64,000 nucleotides of DNA from Planctomycetota bacterium (GTDB lineage Bacteria; Planctomycetota; GCA-002687715; CAIWVZ01): NCBI GenBank assembly GCA_044222185.1, contig JBGANV010000001.1, positions 1,248,001-1,312,000 of the forward strand, written 5' to 3'. Positions within the stretch are counted from its first letter, which is position 1. Every line of letters begins with the position of its first letter. The translations under genes and the position numbers were made by a program. Shown in pieces: positions 38,226-48,002 of the stretch. Below the pieces are notes generated by a model. It saw only the letters and a program-made list of their open reading frames with translations, was not told the DNA's origin and ran no database searches.

Positions 38226-39104
38226 GTGCGAAGACTCCCGCTCGTTCTCGTTTCGGTGACGGCTCTCGTGGGCGCCGGTCCCGCGTCGTTCGCGCAGGTC
38301 GCGCCGTCGGCCCCGGCGACGGACACGCGCCCCGCTGCAACCACGTCCGTGAAGCCGCCGCGGGTGCTCGATCGCGGCCCCTCCCTCGACGTACTGGCGA
38401 AACGCAAACCAACGACGGCCGATGCAGGCGACGCCACGTCGATCCCGACGTTCCGGATCGACCCCCAGAAGCCGGTCGCCACGCTCCGCACGGAAGCCAT
38501 GCATGCGGCGCCGCCCACCGAGAAGAAACCGTCCCGGGCGGCGGATCTCGTCGAGGTCTCGACCCTCGATCCGACGATCAAGCTCGACATCCGATACGCA
38601 GGCACGAACAACTTCGTCGGCACTGCGTTCTACTCGCAGGCCCGGGCATTCCTGCAGAGACCCGCGGCAGAAGCGGTGTTGCGCGCACATCGGCGACTGA
38701 AGCCGCTGGGGTTCGGCCTGCTGATCCACGATGCCTACCGCCCGTGGTACGTCACGAAGATGTTCTGGGACGCCACGCCCGCGGACAAGAAGGAGTTCGT
38801 CGCCAACCCGGCGAGCGGATCCAGGCACAACCGCGGCTGCGCCGTCGACCTCACGCTGTACGACCTGCCGTCGGGCAGACCCATCGCCATGCCCAGCGGG
38901 TACGACGAGTTCTCCGACAGGGCGAGTCCGACCTACGCAGGAGGCTCGGAATCCGCTCGATGGCACCGAGACGTGTTGCGCGCCGCGATGGAGGCCGAAG
39001 GGTTCTGGGTGAATCAGAACGAGTGGTGGCACTTCGACCACGAGCAGTTCGAGCTCTACGGCATCTTGAACGTTCCGTTCGAGCAACTGGGCGCACCGCG
39101 ATGA
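38226..39104 (+). CDS. ddpX: D-Ala-D-Ala dipeptidase (VanX/DdpX, M15D) with signal peptide
   Basis: RYAGTNNFVG, DAYRP, SRHNRGCAVDLT (SxHxxGxAxD), EWWHF. Confidence 0.92.
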   Translation: MRRLPLVLVSVTALVGAGPASFAQVAPSAPATDTRPAATTSVKPPRVLDRGPSLDVLAKRKPTTADAGDATSIPTFRIDPQKPVATLRTEAMHAAPPTEKKPSRAADLVEVSTLDPTIKLDIRYAGTNNFVGTAFYSQARAFLQRPAAEAVLRAHRRLKPLGFGLLIHDAYRPWYVTKMFWDATPADKKEFVANPASGSRHNRGCAVDLTLYDLPSGRPIAMPSGYDEFSDRASPTYAGGSESARWHRDVLRAAMEAEGFWVNQNEWWHFDHEQFELYGILNVPFEQLGAPR

Positions 39105-40120
39105 AGCGCCTGCCGGCGCGGATCTCCGTCGTGCTCGCCGTCGCCCTCGCCCAGGTGCTCGCGCAGACCCCGGCGCAGCGGCTCCGGATGGAGGCGGGGA
39201 ACCTCTACCGAGAGGGGCGCCACCGCGACATCCTCTTGCGCGTCTCGCCCAACCTCGCGGAGTCGCCCGACTGCGCCGACCTCTGGGTCATGGCGGCCGA
39301 GGCCAATCTGAAGCTCGACGAGCCAGCCCGCGCCGTCGAGCAATTCGAGAAGGCGATCCACCTTCAGCCGACCATTCGCTCGCTCTGCCTGAACCTGGGT
39401 TACGCCTACACGAAGGTGGGGCGGCTCGATGATGCGCGAAAGACGTTCCAATCCTTCGTCGGCGGGAACACGCCCGACCGCATGGCGAGGGCGCACGTGG
39501 GGCTGGGCCTGATCTCGCTCGAAGAGAGCGACACGGCGTCCGCGCGCGCGTCATTCGAAGCGGCGATCAAGCTCGGCTCCGACGATCAACGACCCTACTT
39601 CCGACTCGCCCAGCTCCAGCTCACGGAGGGCGACGCGCTCGCGGCAATCGCGAATTTCGAGGCCGCACTGAAGCGCGATCCGCTCCAGCATGGTGCCGCC
39701 TACGGGCTCGCACGCGCGCATGCGCGTGCGGGCCACGCCGCGGAGGCCGCCACCTGGGAGTCCCGGCACCGGCGGATCCTCGCGGCAAGCGATGGGATCC
39801 ACTCCGCCATCGAGGCACTCTCGCGCGCGCCCGATCCGGCCGTCGCCCGTCTTGCGATCGCGCGCCTCTACCTTTCCGTGTCCGCCGAGACGGAGGCCGC
39901 GAACTGGCTTCGCCGCGGTTTCGAGGCCGCCGGCGACGCGCGAGACGTACGCGCCGCGCTCCTGTCAGCAGGGTTCACGGGAAGTGACTCGTCCCTTGCG
40001 GCGTCCGCGCTCCGCAAATTCCAGGACCGTTTGAAGGCCGAACCGCGAACGCTTCGAGGGCTGGACGTCCTGACGAAGATGACCGAGTCGCGTCCCACAC
40101 CCGCCGAGTCCCGCCCATGA
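39101..40120 (+). CDS. Secreted TPR protein
   Basis: Signal peptide; several TPR units (NLGYAY..GR.DDA, AHVGLG, YFRLAQ, AYGLA); ATGA overlaps at both ends. Confidence 0.85.
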   Translation: MKRLPARISVVLAVALAQVLAQTPAQRLRMEAGNLYREGRHRDILLRVSPNLAESPDCADLWVMAAEANLKLDEPARAVEQFEKAIHLQPTIRSLCLNLGYAYTKVGRLDDARKTFQSFVGGNTPDRMARAHVGLGLISLEESDTASARASFEAAIKLGSDDQRPYFRLAQLQLTEGDALAAIANFEAALKRDPLQHGAAYGLARAHARAGHAAEAATWESRHRRILAASDGIHSAIEALSRAPDPAVARLAIARLYLSVSAETEAANWLRRGFEAAGDARDVRAALLSAGFTGSDSSLAASALRKFQDRLKAEPRTLRGLDVLTKMTESRPTPAESRP

Positions 40121-41841
40121 AGACCTCACTGGCTGCCCTGCTGGCCGTCGTCTTCGTGAGCGGTTGCGGCAAGTCCACGCCGGTTGCGCCGACGCGGCCC
40201 GCGCCCCCACCTGCGAGCGGGCCAACCGGCTCCGCCGAGACGTTCCGGTTCTCCGACGTGTCGGCGGCATCGGGTCTCACGTTCGTCTCCCGCTGCGGCG
40301 ACAGGCAGGAGTACATCCCCGAGGCCAAGGGATCGGGCGTCGCGGTCTTCGACTACGATCGTGACGGCAAGGTGGACGTGCTCCTCATCGCCGGATCGAC
40401 CGTCGAGCGCGAGCGCGCCCGGCAGGCGGGTTTCGGCGTCCGCCTGTATCGCGGCCGAGGCGACCTGACCTTCGAGGACGTCACGGAGCGCGCGGGATTC
40501 CCCGACCTGGGGTGGATCAACGCGCCAGTGCCGTTGGATTTTGACGGCGACGGGTGGACTGACGTGCTCTTCACCGGGCTGAGCGGACTCCGCCTCTTCC
40601 GCAACGTCGAAGGGCGATTCGTCGAGGCGACCGGGACTTCGCTGCCTCCTGACGCTCGTGCGATGTCGTGGTGCACGAGCGCCGTCGCCGTCGACATCGA
40701 CGCCGACGGCGACCTCGACGTCTTCGTGGCCCGCTACATCGACTTCGATCTCGCGCGTCCTCCCAAGGACGGCGTCGACGGGCGCCAGTGCCGGTGGAAG
40801 AACCGCCCCGTGGTCTGTGGTCCACGCGGCCTGAAGGCCCTGACGGACGTCCTGCTCGTGAACCGAGGGGATGGGACGTTCGAGAACGCCACGCACCGCA
40901 TGGGGATCGATGCCGTCGAGCCAGCGTACGGTCTCGGCGTCATCGCGATGGACTACGACCGCGACGAAAGACCGGACATCTTCGTCGCGAACGATGCCAC
41001 GCCGAACCACCTGTGGCACAACGAGGGTGGCCGGTTCGTCGAGGTCGCGTTCCGCATGGGCGTGGCCTATTCGGCCGACGGCGCCCCGGAGGCCGGCATG
41101 GGCGTCGACGCAGCCGACCTGAACGGCGATGGCATCGAGGACCTGTACGTCACGAACTTCGAAGGCGAGACGAACGACGTGTATCTCTCGACGAAGCTCG
41201 GCGACTTCGAGGAGGCGTCGGCGCGGGTTCGCTGTGCCGCGGTCGACAAGCCAAACCTCGGGTGGGGATGCGCGATCCGCGATTTCGATGGCGATGGCCG
41301 CCAGGACATCCTCGTCGCGAACGGACACGTCTACGCGAACGCGGACGAGCCCGGAACCGGTACCTCCTACGCGATGCCGCGCGTCCTCCATCTCGGCGAC
41401 GCCGGGGGGACGTTCCACCCCATGAGAGGTCCGGACGCCGCGGCCCTCGACGACAAGCACGTGAGCCGCGGGATGGCCGTTGCGGACTTCGACGACGACG
41501 GCGACTGCGACGTATTGATCGTGAACATCAACCAGCCGCCGACGTTGCTGCGAAACGACACGCCGGCAGGGCGTACGTGGCTCGGCCTCGTACTCGAGGG
41601 ACCGAGGGGCAACCCCACCGCGCTGGGCGCGACGGTGAAGACGATCGGCGACGGATTCGAACGCACCCAGATGGTTCGCGCTCAGTCGTCGTTCGAAAGC
41701 TCCTGCGACCCGCGGGTCATCGTGAGGTTTCCATCGCCGGCGAAGAACCTGCGCGTGGAGGTCGGGTTGGCCGGCTGCAAGCCCGTGCGGCTGGACGCCC
41801 CGGCAACCGGCCGGTACCACGCAGTCGTCTTCGCCAGGTAA
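40117..41841 (+). CDS. CRTAC1 family FG-GAP lipoprotein with ASPIC/UnbV C-terminus
   Basis: Lipobox VSGC; F.DV....GL.F, GSGVAVFDYD.DG, AGMGVD, SRGMAVADFDDDGD, N..ALGA.V. Confidence 0.92.
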   Translation: MKTSLAALLAVVFVSGCGKSTPVAPTRPAPPPASGPTGSAETFRFSDVSAASGLTFVSRCGDRQEYIPEAKGSGVAVFDYDRDGKVDVLLIAGSTVERERARQAGFGVRLYRGRGDLTFEDVTERAGFPDLGWINAPVPLDFDGDGWTDVLFTGLSGLRLFRNVEGRFVEATGTSLPPDARAMSWCTSAVAVDIDADGDLDVFVARYIDFDLARPPKDGVDGRQCRWKNRPVVCGPRGLKALTDVLLVNRGDGTFENATHRMGIDAVEPAYGLGVIAMDYDRDERPDIFVANDATPNHLWHNEGGRFVEVAFRMGVAYSADGAPEAGMGVDAADLNGDGIEDLYVTNFEGETNDVYLSTKLGDFEEASARVRCAAVDKPNLGWGCAIRDFDGDGRQDILVANGHVYANADEPGTGTSYAMPRVLHLGDAGGTFHPMRGPDAAALDDKHVSRGMAVADFDDDGDCDVLIVNINQPPTLLRNDTPAGRTWLGLVLEGPRGNPTALGATVKTIGDGFERTQMVRAQSSFESSCDPRVIVRFPSPAKNLRVEVGLAGCKPVRLDAPATGRYHAVVFAR

Positions 41842-41928
41842 ACGCGCGGCGTGCCCGCGGAGCGACGGTTCGAGGCCCTCCTGGTAGACTCCTCGGCTCT
41901 TCCCCGTCACTCCGTCAGGTTTTCAAAG

Positions 41929-43770
41929 ATGAAGTCATTCGGCGCCCTCGTGGTGTGTGCCCTCGTCGTGTGCGGACGGATCCGCGCACAACAGTTCGTG
42001 GACCAGACCGCCGCTCGGCTACCGGTCGCGGCCGTCTGGAGCGAAGAAGTGGATGCGGCGGACGTGGACGGCGACGGCGACCTGGACATCATCTGGGGTC
42101 GCGGCGACGGCTTCGCCAGTGCGGGCACGGGTCGCCAGAGTCTGCTCCTCATCAACAACGGCTCCGGTGTCTTCGCCGACCAGACGGCGACCCGACTGCC
42201 GGTCCTCCTCGAGAACACCAAGGACGTGGACTTCGTCGACGTGGACGGCGACGGCGACTTCGACCTCGTGTTCGCGAATGCCTTCGGACATCTGCCGCGA
42301 CTCTTCCTGAACAACGGCAGCGGCGTCTTCACCGACGTCACCTCGACGAACCTTCCCGGCATCCCGCTGAACTCCTTCGGCTGCGCGGCGGGCGACGTCG
42401 ACAACGACGGCGACCTGGACCTGGTCTTCACCGACAGCGGCCCGACGACGTTCACGGCGCCCGGCGGTCAACCGCGCATCTACCGGAACGACGGCACCGG
42501 TCACTTCACCGACGTCACGACGAGTTCGATGCCTGCCGTCCTCATGTCGGCGTGCACCGACGTCAACTTCGCCGACGTCGACGGCGACTTCGACCTGGAC
42601 CTGTTCGTCGTCAGCCGCGATGGACAGAGCAAGCTCTTCATCAACGACGGCGCGGGGCATTTCACGGAGCGCGTCCTCCCGCCGGATGGCTCGGGCACCT
42701 ACGACTACGCGATCGGCGACCTGGATGGTGACAACGACGCCGACGTGTTCGTCGTCGGCGTCAGCGGGTTGAACGAGGGTGTCTTTCGCAACGATGGCCT
42801 CGGCAACTTCACCGACGTGAGCGGAGCGTCCGTGCTCGGAAACGCCAACTCGGACGACAACCAGGCGACGCTCGGCGACATCGACAACGACGGCGACTGG
42901 GACGTGGCCGTCGCCGCTCTGACCACGGCCGAGCGCATCCTCGTCAACAACGGCGCCGGGGTGTTCACGTACAACTCGGCCCTGGTCACGAGCTTCATCG
43001 ATAGTTCGCTGGACTGCGAGTTCGCGGACATCGACAACGACGGCGACCTGGACCTGCTCACGGCCGTCGGCGAATCCGGAGCCTTCCAGAATCGCGTGTA
43101 CGTCAACAACGGCGTCACGGATACGCGGGCGCCGGTGCTCACGATCCAGACGCCCCCGTCGTCCACGCCGTGGGGATTGGTGCCCGTTCGCGTGTCGATC
43201 CGGGACATCCGGGCCTCGGACGGCGATCCCGAATACCACGGAGTCACGCTCACCTACGCCATCAACGGTGGCGCATCGCAGACGGTGCCCATGCACTGGA
43301 GCGGCGCCCAGATCTTCCGGGGCGCGATTCCCGGCGTTCCACCGGGCGCGTCGATAACCTGCCACGCGAACTGCACGGATCGCAGCAACAACGTGGGCGC
43401 CAGCGCGACGGTCAACTTCAGCCCCCTCGGGATCCCCCCGCTGTCACTCTCCGTGACCCCGCAGTCCGGCGGCGCGACCATCGTGATCGCGAGCCCCGGA
43501 GACCCGGGAGCGGAGGAGTACCTGCTCGTCTCGGCTCAGACCTCGGCACCCATCGGCGCGGGCCCGTTCGTGGGACTTGGCGTCGATGCATTCAACATCC
43601 TGCTTCTTCCCACCGGCCTCCCGCCGCTCCACGATTTCCTGAACGCCGCGGGCACCCAGACGACCGTCATTCCCTCCGGGGCCGTGCCGTTGGGCACGCA
43701 GTTCGATGCCCGCGTCGTGCTCGTCGTCCCCGGGATCAAGCTCTCGCCGATCTCGCGCATCCTGTTCTGA
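41929..43770 (+). CDS. Secreted FG-GAP/VCBS repeat beta-propeller protein with Ig-like and C-terminal domains
   Basis: Seven D(V/I/L)D(G/N)DGDxD-type repeats, each followed by N(N/D)G.G.F; signal peptide; TAGACT -10 upstream. Confidence 0.9.
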   Translation: MKSFGALVVCALVVCGRIRAQQFVDQTAARLPVAAVWSEEVDAADVDGDGDLDIIWGRGDGFASAGTGRQSLLLINNGSGVFADQTATRLPVLLENTKDVDFVDVDGDGDFDLVFANAFGHLPRLFLNNGSGVFTDVTSTNLPGIPLNSFGCAAGDVDNDGDLDLVFTDSGPTTFTAPGGQPRIYRNDGTGHFTDVTTSSMPAVLMSACTDVNFADVDGDFDLDLFVVSRDGQSKLFINDGAGHFTERVLPPDGSGTYDYAIGDLDGDNDADVFVVGVSGLNEGVFRNDGLGNFTDVSGASVLGNANSDDNQATLGDIDNDGDWDVAVAALTTAERILVNNGAGVFTYNSALVTSFIDSSLDCEFADIDNDGDLDLLTAVGESGAFQNRVYVNNGVTDTRAPVLTIQTPPSSTPWGLVPVRVSIRDIRASDGDPEYHGVTLTYAINGGASQTVPMHWSGAQIFRGAIPGVPPGASITCHANCTDRSNNVGASATVNFSPLGIPPLSLSVTPQSGGATIVIASPGDPGAEEYLLVSAQTSAPIGAGPFVGLGVDAFNILLLPTGLPPLHDFLNAAGTQTTVIPSGAVPLGTQFDARVVLVVPGIKLSPISRILF

Positions 43771-43929
43771 GGACGCATCGCGCGCCGGCCGCACCGCGGC
43801 CGTGCGCCGGCCCCAAGTTCCACGGATCGCGTCGACGCGATGGCCGGCGTAGGCGTCCGGCCGTATGATCGCCGCCGAAGGAAAGGCCCGCCCGGCTCCA
43901 CACCCCGCGGCGCGCCACGGCCCGGCCTG

Positions 43930-44541
43930 ATGAAACCGTCCCGATCGTTCCTCGGCGTCGTGGTGTTCGTGATCCTCGCGAGCGGCACGGCGTGCGAGTC
44001 GAGCCGCGTCACCCTCGCGGAAGTGGCACCCGTCCCCGACGAGGTCTACCGCAGCGAGGTCGTGGACCTCGCCGAGCAGGCCTCGCTCGAATCCAGGATC
44101 GTCGCCGCGGCCGAGCGCGTGCTCCGGTCGGCGGACGCTCCCCGGTGGCGGGAACGCCAGACGACCGAGTTCAAGGCGCGCCATGCGCAAGCCCTCGCGT
44201 CGATCGTCGGGTCAGCCGGAATCACGCGGCCGGACCTCCGGGACCCAGCCTCCACCACACGCCGTGCGTTCACCCTGCCCGGCGATGAGCCACGCCCGTC
44301 GCCGGCCTTCCGCGGATTCGACACACGCTTCACGGTCGACCATCCCCTGGCGCAGAGCGACCTGGTGATCTTGATCGATCAGGATCTGGCGTTCGCGTTC
44401 TACTTCGACGATCCGCATGCGGTCGACGGGACCCACACGCGGCCGGCGGATCCAGCGCTGGACCTGCCCCCGATCCGCACGACGGCCGGGTGGCTGATCC
44501 TCTTCCCCTCCTCACTCCTCCTCGATCGGACGAATCCATGA
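43930..44541 (+). CDS. Hypothetical lipoprotein
   Basis: MKPSRSFLGVVVFVILASGTAC lipobox; ATGA-coupled to next gene. Confidence 0.6.
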   Translation: MKPSRSFLGVVVFVILASGTACESSRVTLAEVAPVPDEVYRSEVVDLAEQASLESRIVAAAERVLRSADAPRWRERQTTEFKARHAQALASIVGSAGITRPDLRDPASTTRRAFTLPGDEPRPSPAFRGFDTRFTVDHPLAQSDLVILIDQDLAFAFYFDDPHAVDGTHTRPADPALDLPPIRTTAGWLILFPSSLLLDRTNP

Positions 44542-45689
44542 CGGCCGACGAGCTCCATGCAGAGGTCCTCGCGTCGTTGCTCGAGCTCACACGCGGAGAC
44601 ACTCCAACCGCCGCGTGCGTGCGGCTGATCGCCCGCCTGCAGGACGACGAAAGGCTCGGACGCATCGACGCGTCGACCGCCGCGGTCTTCCTCCCGGACT
44701 TTCACCTCACGACGCGCCGCAAATCGCAGGACTACAAGTACTCGTTCCACTTCGTCACGCAGGACAAGCCGAGCCATCGCGCGGAGCTCCTCGAGGCGCT
44801 GCTCCTGCAACTTCGCGCCGCGCAACGCCGGGTGACGGCCGCGGGGGGTGCGTTCGAACTCCACCAGCTGGGCGACTTCATCGATTTCTGGCGCGCGCGG
44901 GACTTCATCGAGCCCGACGCCGCATCGGTCAAGGGCGTGTCCCAGGCGATCTTCGCGGAGATGCCGTTCCTCGTCCCGGGATTCGTCGAGCGCAGGACGA
45001 TCTACCGCGGACGCTTCCTGGCGGGGAATCACGACCCGCACCTGGCGTCGCTCGACGGGATCAACTGTGCGAGGAGTCGGTTGCTCGAGAACGGTGAGAC
45101 GGGGGAAGCCGTCGCCCTGGTCACGCACGGCGACCTGTTCGACGACCTCGAGCAGCAGTTCAGCGAAGGTCTGAAGCGAACCATGGTCCGGTTGTTCGGC
45201 CCCGACGCCACACCATCGACGTACGCCATCCCGAAGACCGACGACGTCCTCGAGGGATCCCGCCCCGCAATCACGCTCCAGTCCGTCGATGATCCGATTC
45301 CGGCCGTCGTGAACGTGTGCACCATCGACACGAAAACCGAGACCGGCAGTGAAACGTCGAAGGCCGCGCTCAACCGCCAGCACGAGCTGCTGGCGCATGC
45401 GACCGAGGCCTTCCGCGGGCTCCGCGCAGGCAACGCCGCGGATGCGGCGCGGCTCGACCTCGACGTCGACGGCGCCCTGCCGGACCTGCAGGCGATCGTC
45501 GTCGGGCACTCCCATCATCCGCGCATCGTCGCGGTGGACGAGGACGGCGAGCCCGCCTTCGTTCTGTTCGATCCGGGCGCCTGGATCGAGAAGATCAGGA
45601 TCAACGACGGCGACACCGCCCACAGTGCGCAGGTCGGCGTCCTCTGCGGATCAGACGCCCGGATCTACCAGCTCGACCCGCTGGGCTGA
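44538..45689 (+). CDS. Calcineurin-like metallophosphoesterase
   Basis: All five motifs: PDFH, GDFID, GNHD, THGD, GHSH. Confidence 0.85.
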   Translation: MTADELHAEVLASLLELTRGDTPTAACVRLIARLQDDERLGRIDASTAAVFLPDFHLTTRRKSQDYKYSFHFVTQDKPSHRAELLEALLLQLRAAQRRVTAAGGAFELHQLGDFIDFWRARDFIEPDAASVKGVSQAIFAEMPFLVPGFVERRTIYRGRFLAGNHDPHLASLDGINCARSRLLENGETGEAVALVTHGDLFDDLEQQFSEGLKRTMVRLFGPDATPSTYAIPKTDDVLEGSRPAITLQSVDDPIPAVVNVCTIDTKTETGSETSKAALNRQHELLAHATEAFRGLRAGNAADAARLDLDVDGALPDLQAIVVGHSHHPRIVAVDEDGEPAFVLFDPGAWIEKIRINDGDTAHSAQVGVLCGSDARIYQLDPLG

Positions 45690-45707
45690 GCCGGCGGGCG
45701 GGCTGCA

Positions 45708-47045
45708 TCACGCGCGGGCCGACAGCGTGTCGATGCGCTGCCGGAGCTGCGCGGCGAGATCCGCGCGGGCGATGGTCACCTGCTCTCCCGTGGCGAGGGT
45801 CTTCAGGTTCACGGTGCCGGCCGCGAGCTCAGCGGTGCCTGCAATCACGGCGAACGGAATGCCCTTGCGCTCCGCGTGCTGGAACTGCTTCTTCATCTTG
45901 TCGGGTTCGAGGAAGAACTCCGTCGGGATTCCGGCAGAACGCAGCTCGGTCGCGAGCGCGAGAAGCGCCGCCACGGGCGTGTCGGCGAGTCGCATCACGA
46001 GGGCTTGCGCCGGCGTCTCGCGGCGGCGGAGCAGGTCGTACTTGAGGAGAGCCGCAAGCACGCGCGACAGGCCGATGGAGACTCCCGTCGCCGGGGTCGC
46101 CTCGCGCCCGAAGATCGTCATCAGGTCGTCGTAGCGGCCTCCGCCTCCCAAGCTGCCGAACTTGTCGGCAGTCGTGAGGACGACCTCGTAGACGGGGCCG
46201 GTGTAATAGTCGAGTCCCCGCGTCAGCGAGAGGTCGACGCCCACGCGCGCCAGGCTGACGCCGAGTGCTTCCGTGTGCTGCAGCACCTCGCGAAGTTCGT
46301 CGATTCCCACGCGCGCCGATTCCTCCGCCCTAAGCACGTCCTCGGCCGTCTGGAGGACGTGGCGCGGAGTGCCCGTGATGCTCATCAACTCGACGAGCTT
46401 GCCGATGGCCGAATCGGGGACGCCGATCTCCCGCAGCTCGGCCGTCACGCCGTCCATGCCGATCTTGTCCAGCTTGTCGACGACGCGCAGCACGTCCGCG
46501 TCGCGCTCCTTGGGCAGACCGGCGAACGACACCATGCCCCGCAACAGCTTCCGGTTGTTGAGCTTGACTTTGAACTCGCGGATCCCGAGGGCGAGGATGC
46601 CCTCGTGAACGACGGCGACGTTCTCCGCGTCCGCGATCAGCGACGCCGTCCCGACGGTGTCGACGTCACACTGGTAGAACTCGCGGAATCGCCCCTGCGC
46701 CGGCTGCGGCCGATCGGCGCGCCACACGGGCTGGATCTGGTAGCGCTTGAACGGCTTCGGCAGCTCGGGGTGCATGGCGACGAGCCGCGCGAGAGGAACC
46801 GTGAGGTCGTAACGGAGCGCGAGCGTCTTCCCGTCCTCGTATGCGAGCCGGTAGATCAGCTTTTCTCCCTCGACGCCGTACTTGCCGAGGAGGATGTCCA
46901 GGTACTCCATCGCCGGCGTTTCCACGGGAGCGAACCCGAAACGCTCGAAGACGCGCACGAGGGTCCGCAGAAGGTCCTGCTGCGGCAGCAGTTCGCCGGG
47001 AAGGATGTCGCGGACTCCGTGGTAGAGGCGGGCGTCGACGGGCAT
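45708..47045 (-). CDS. hisS: Histidine--tRNA ligase
   Basis: GVRD, LRYDLTVP, VWRADRP..GRFREFYQCDVD, RGLDYYTG, GGGRYD. Confidence 0.97.
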   Translation of the reverse strand: MPVDARLYHGVRDILPGELLPQQDLLRTLVRVFERFGFAPVETPAMEYLDILLGKYGVEGEKLIYRLAYEDGKTLALRYDLTVPLARLVAMHPELPKPFKRYQIQPVWRADRPQPAQGRFREFYQCDVDTVGTASLIADAENVAVVHEGILALGIREFKVKLNNRKLLRGMVSFAGLPKERDADVLRVVDKLDKIGMDGVTAELREIGVPDSAIGKLVELMSITGTPRHVLQTAEDVLRAEESARVGIDELREVLQHTEALGVSLARVGVDLSLTRGLDYYTGPVYEVVLTTADKFGSLGGGGRYDDLMTIFGREATPATGVSIGLSRVLAALLKYDLLRRRETPAQALVMRLADTPVAALLALATELRSAGIPTEFFLEPDKMKKQFQHAERKGIPFAVIAGTAELAAGTVNLKTLATGEQVTIARADLAAQLRQRIDTLSARA

Positions 47046-47150
47046 GCGTGAGGATCCGGACTGGGCCTGAGGCTTGGACTGCGGACTCCGGCAGCGCACG
47101 CGGCGGTGCGGGATTCGCCGAACGTCCGAGGAACGTATCATCGGGCGCCG

Positions 47151-47864
47151 ATGCGACCCATCCGGCCGAGCGCTGCCGATCCGCCGACGTCGACCACGAA
47201 CGATCCACGGGATCTCGCGGTCGGACGCGCGCCCGTGCGCATGCGTGCGGCCATCGGCGTCGCCATCGCGCTCCAGGTCCTTCTGCTCTGGAGGCTCACG
47301 AGCGCACCGCGCGCGGCGTCGCTTGCGGCGCCGGCCGAGGCCTCGCCCACTCGGCCGGTCGCGGCGACGACCGCACCGGCGCCGTCGTCGGATGGGCGGC
47401 GGCCCCCAAGCCCGCGGTTCATCGACTTTCCGGCCACGGCGACCTTCGCCGGCAAGCCCGCGCCCGTGGACCTGGACAGCGCGCCAGACGCCCGGATGTT
47501 CCGCACGCGCCTGCGCGCCGGGGCCGCGGAAGGTCCAAACTTCGCTGGGGATCAGACAGTCGTGACCTGGGGGTGCGGTACGAACTGCCAGGTCGTCGCG
47601 ATCGTCGACGCACGGTCCGGCCGCGTGTACTTCCCGGGCATCATTTCGGAAACGGGCCTGGCGTTTCGCCGGGACAGCCGCTTGCTGATCGAAAACCCGG
47701 CCGATTCGCACGACGTGCGCGCGGATGAACGCGCCCCACGGCCCGACGACGAGGGGGCGCGACTCTTCGGCGGCCCCAATTTCTACGCCTGGAACGGGAC
47801 GAGCCTGGTGCCGATTCTGGTCGACGACACGTTCGGCCTGCCGTTCCCGGCCTGGGCGCGATGA
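47151..47864 (+). CDS. Conserved hypothetical exported protein (PNFAG...WGCGTxC family)
   Basis: FRTRLR......PNFAG....VTWGCGTNCQ...IVDA.SG.VY...F..DSRLL; hydrophobic anchor; start uncertain (47151 or 47241). Confidence 0.7.
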   Translation: MRPIRPSAADPPTSTTNDPRDLAVGRAPVRMRAAIGVAIALQVLLLWRLTSAPRAASLAAPAEASPTRPVAATTAPAPSSDGRRPPSPRFIDFPATATFAGKPAPVDLDSAPDARMFRTRLRAGAAEGPNFAGDQTVVTWGCGTNCQVVAIVDARSGRVYFPGIISETGLAFRRDSRLLIENPADSHDVRADERAPRPDDEGARLFGGPNFYAWNGTSLVPILVDDTFGLPFPAWAR

Positions 47865-47910
47865 GAGTCGGGCCGGCCGGTTCGCGGAAGGAAGTGGGGG
47901 CGCGGCGCGC

Positions 47911-47940
47911 TTGACGTCCCACGTCCCTGCACGCTACGAT
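47911..47940 (+). promoter_or_regulatory. Sigma70-type promoter for the small lipoprotein
   Basis: TTGACG-N18-TACGAT, followed by GGAGGA RBS and ATG 48003. Confidence 0.55.
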
Positions 47941-48002
47941 CCCGCCCACTTGAACTTAGGTGCCGCCGCCAACGCACCGGCGGACACCCTCGGAGGAATA
48001 GG

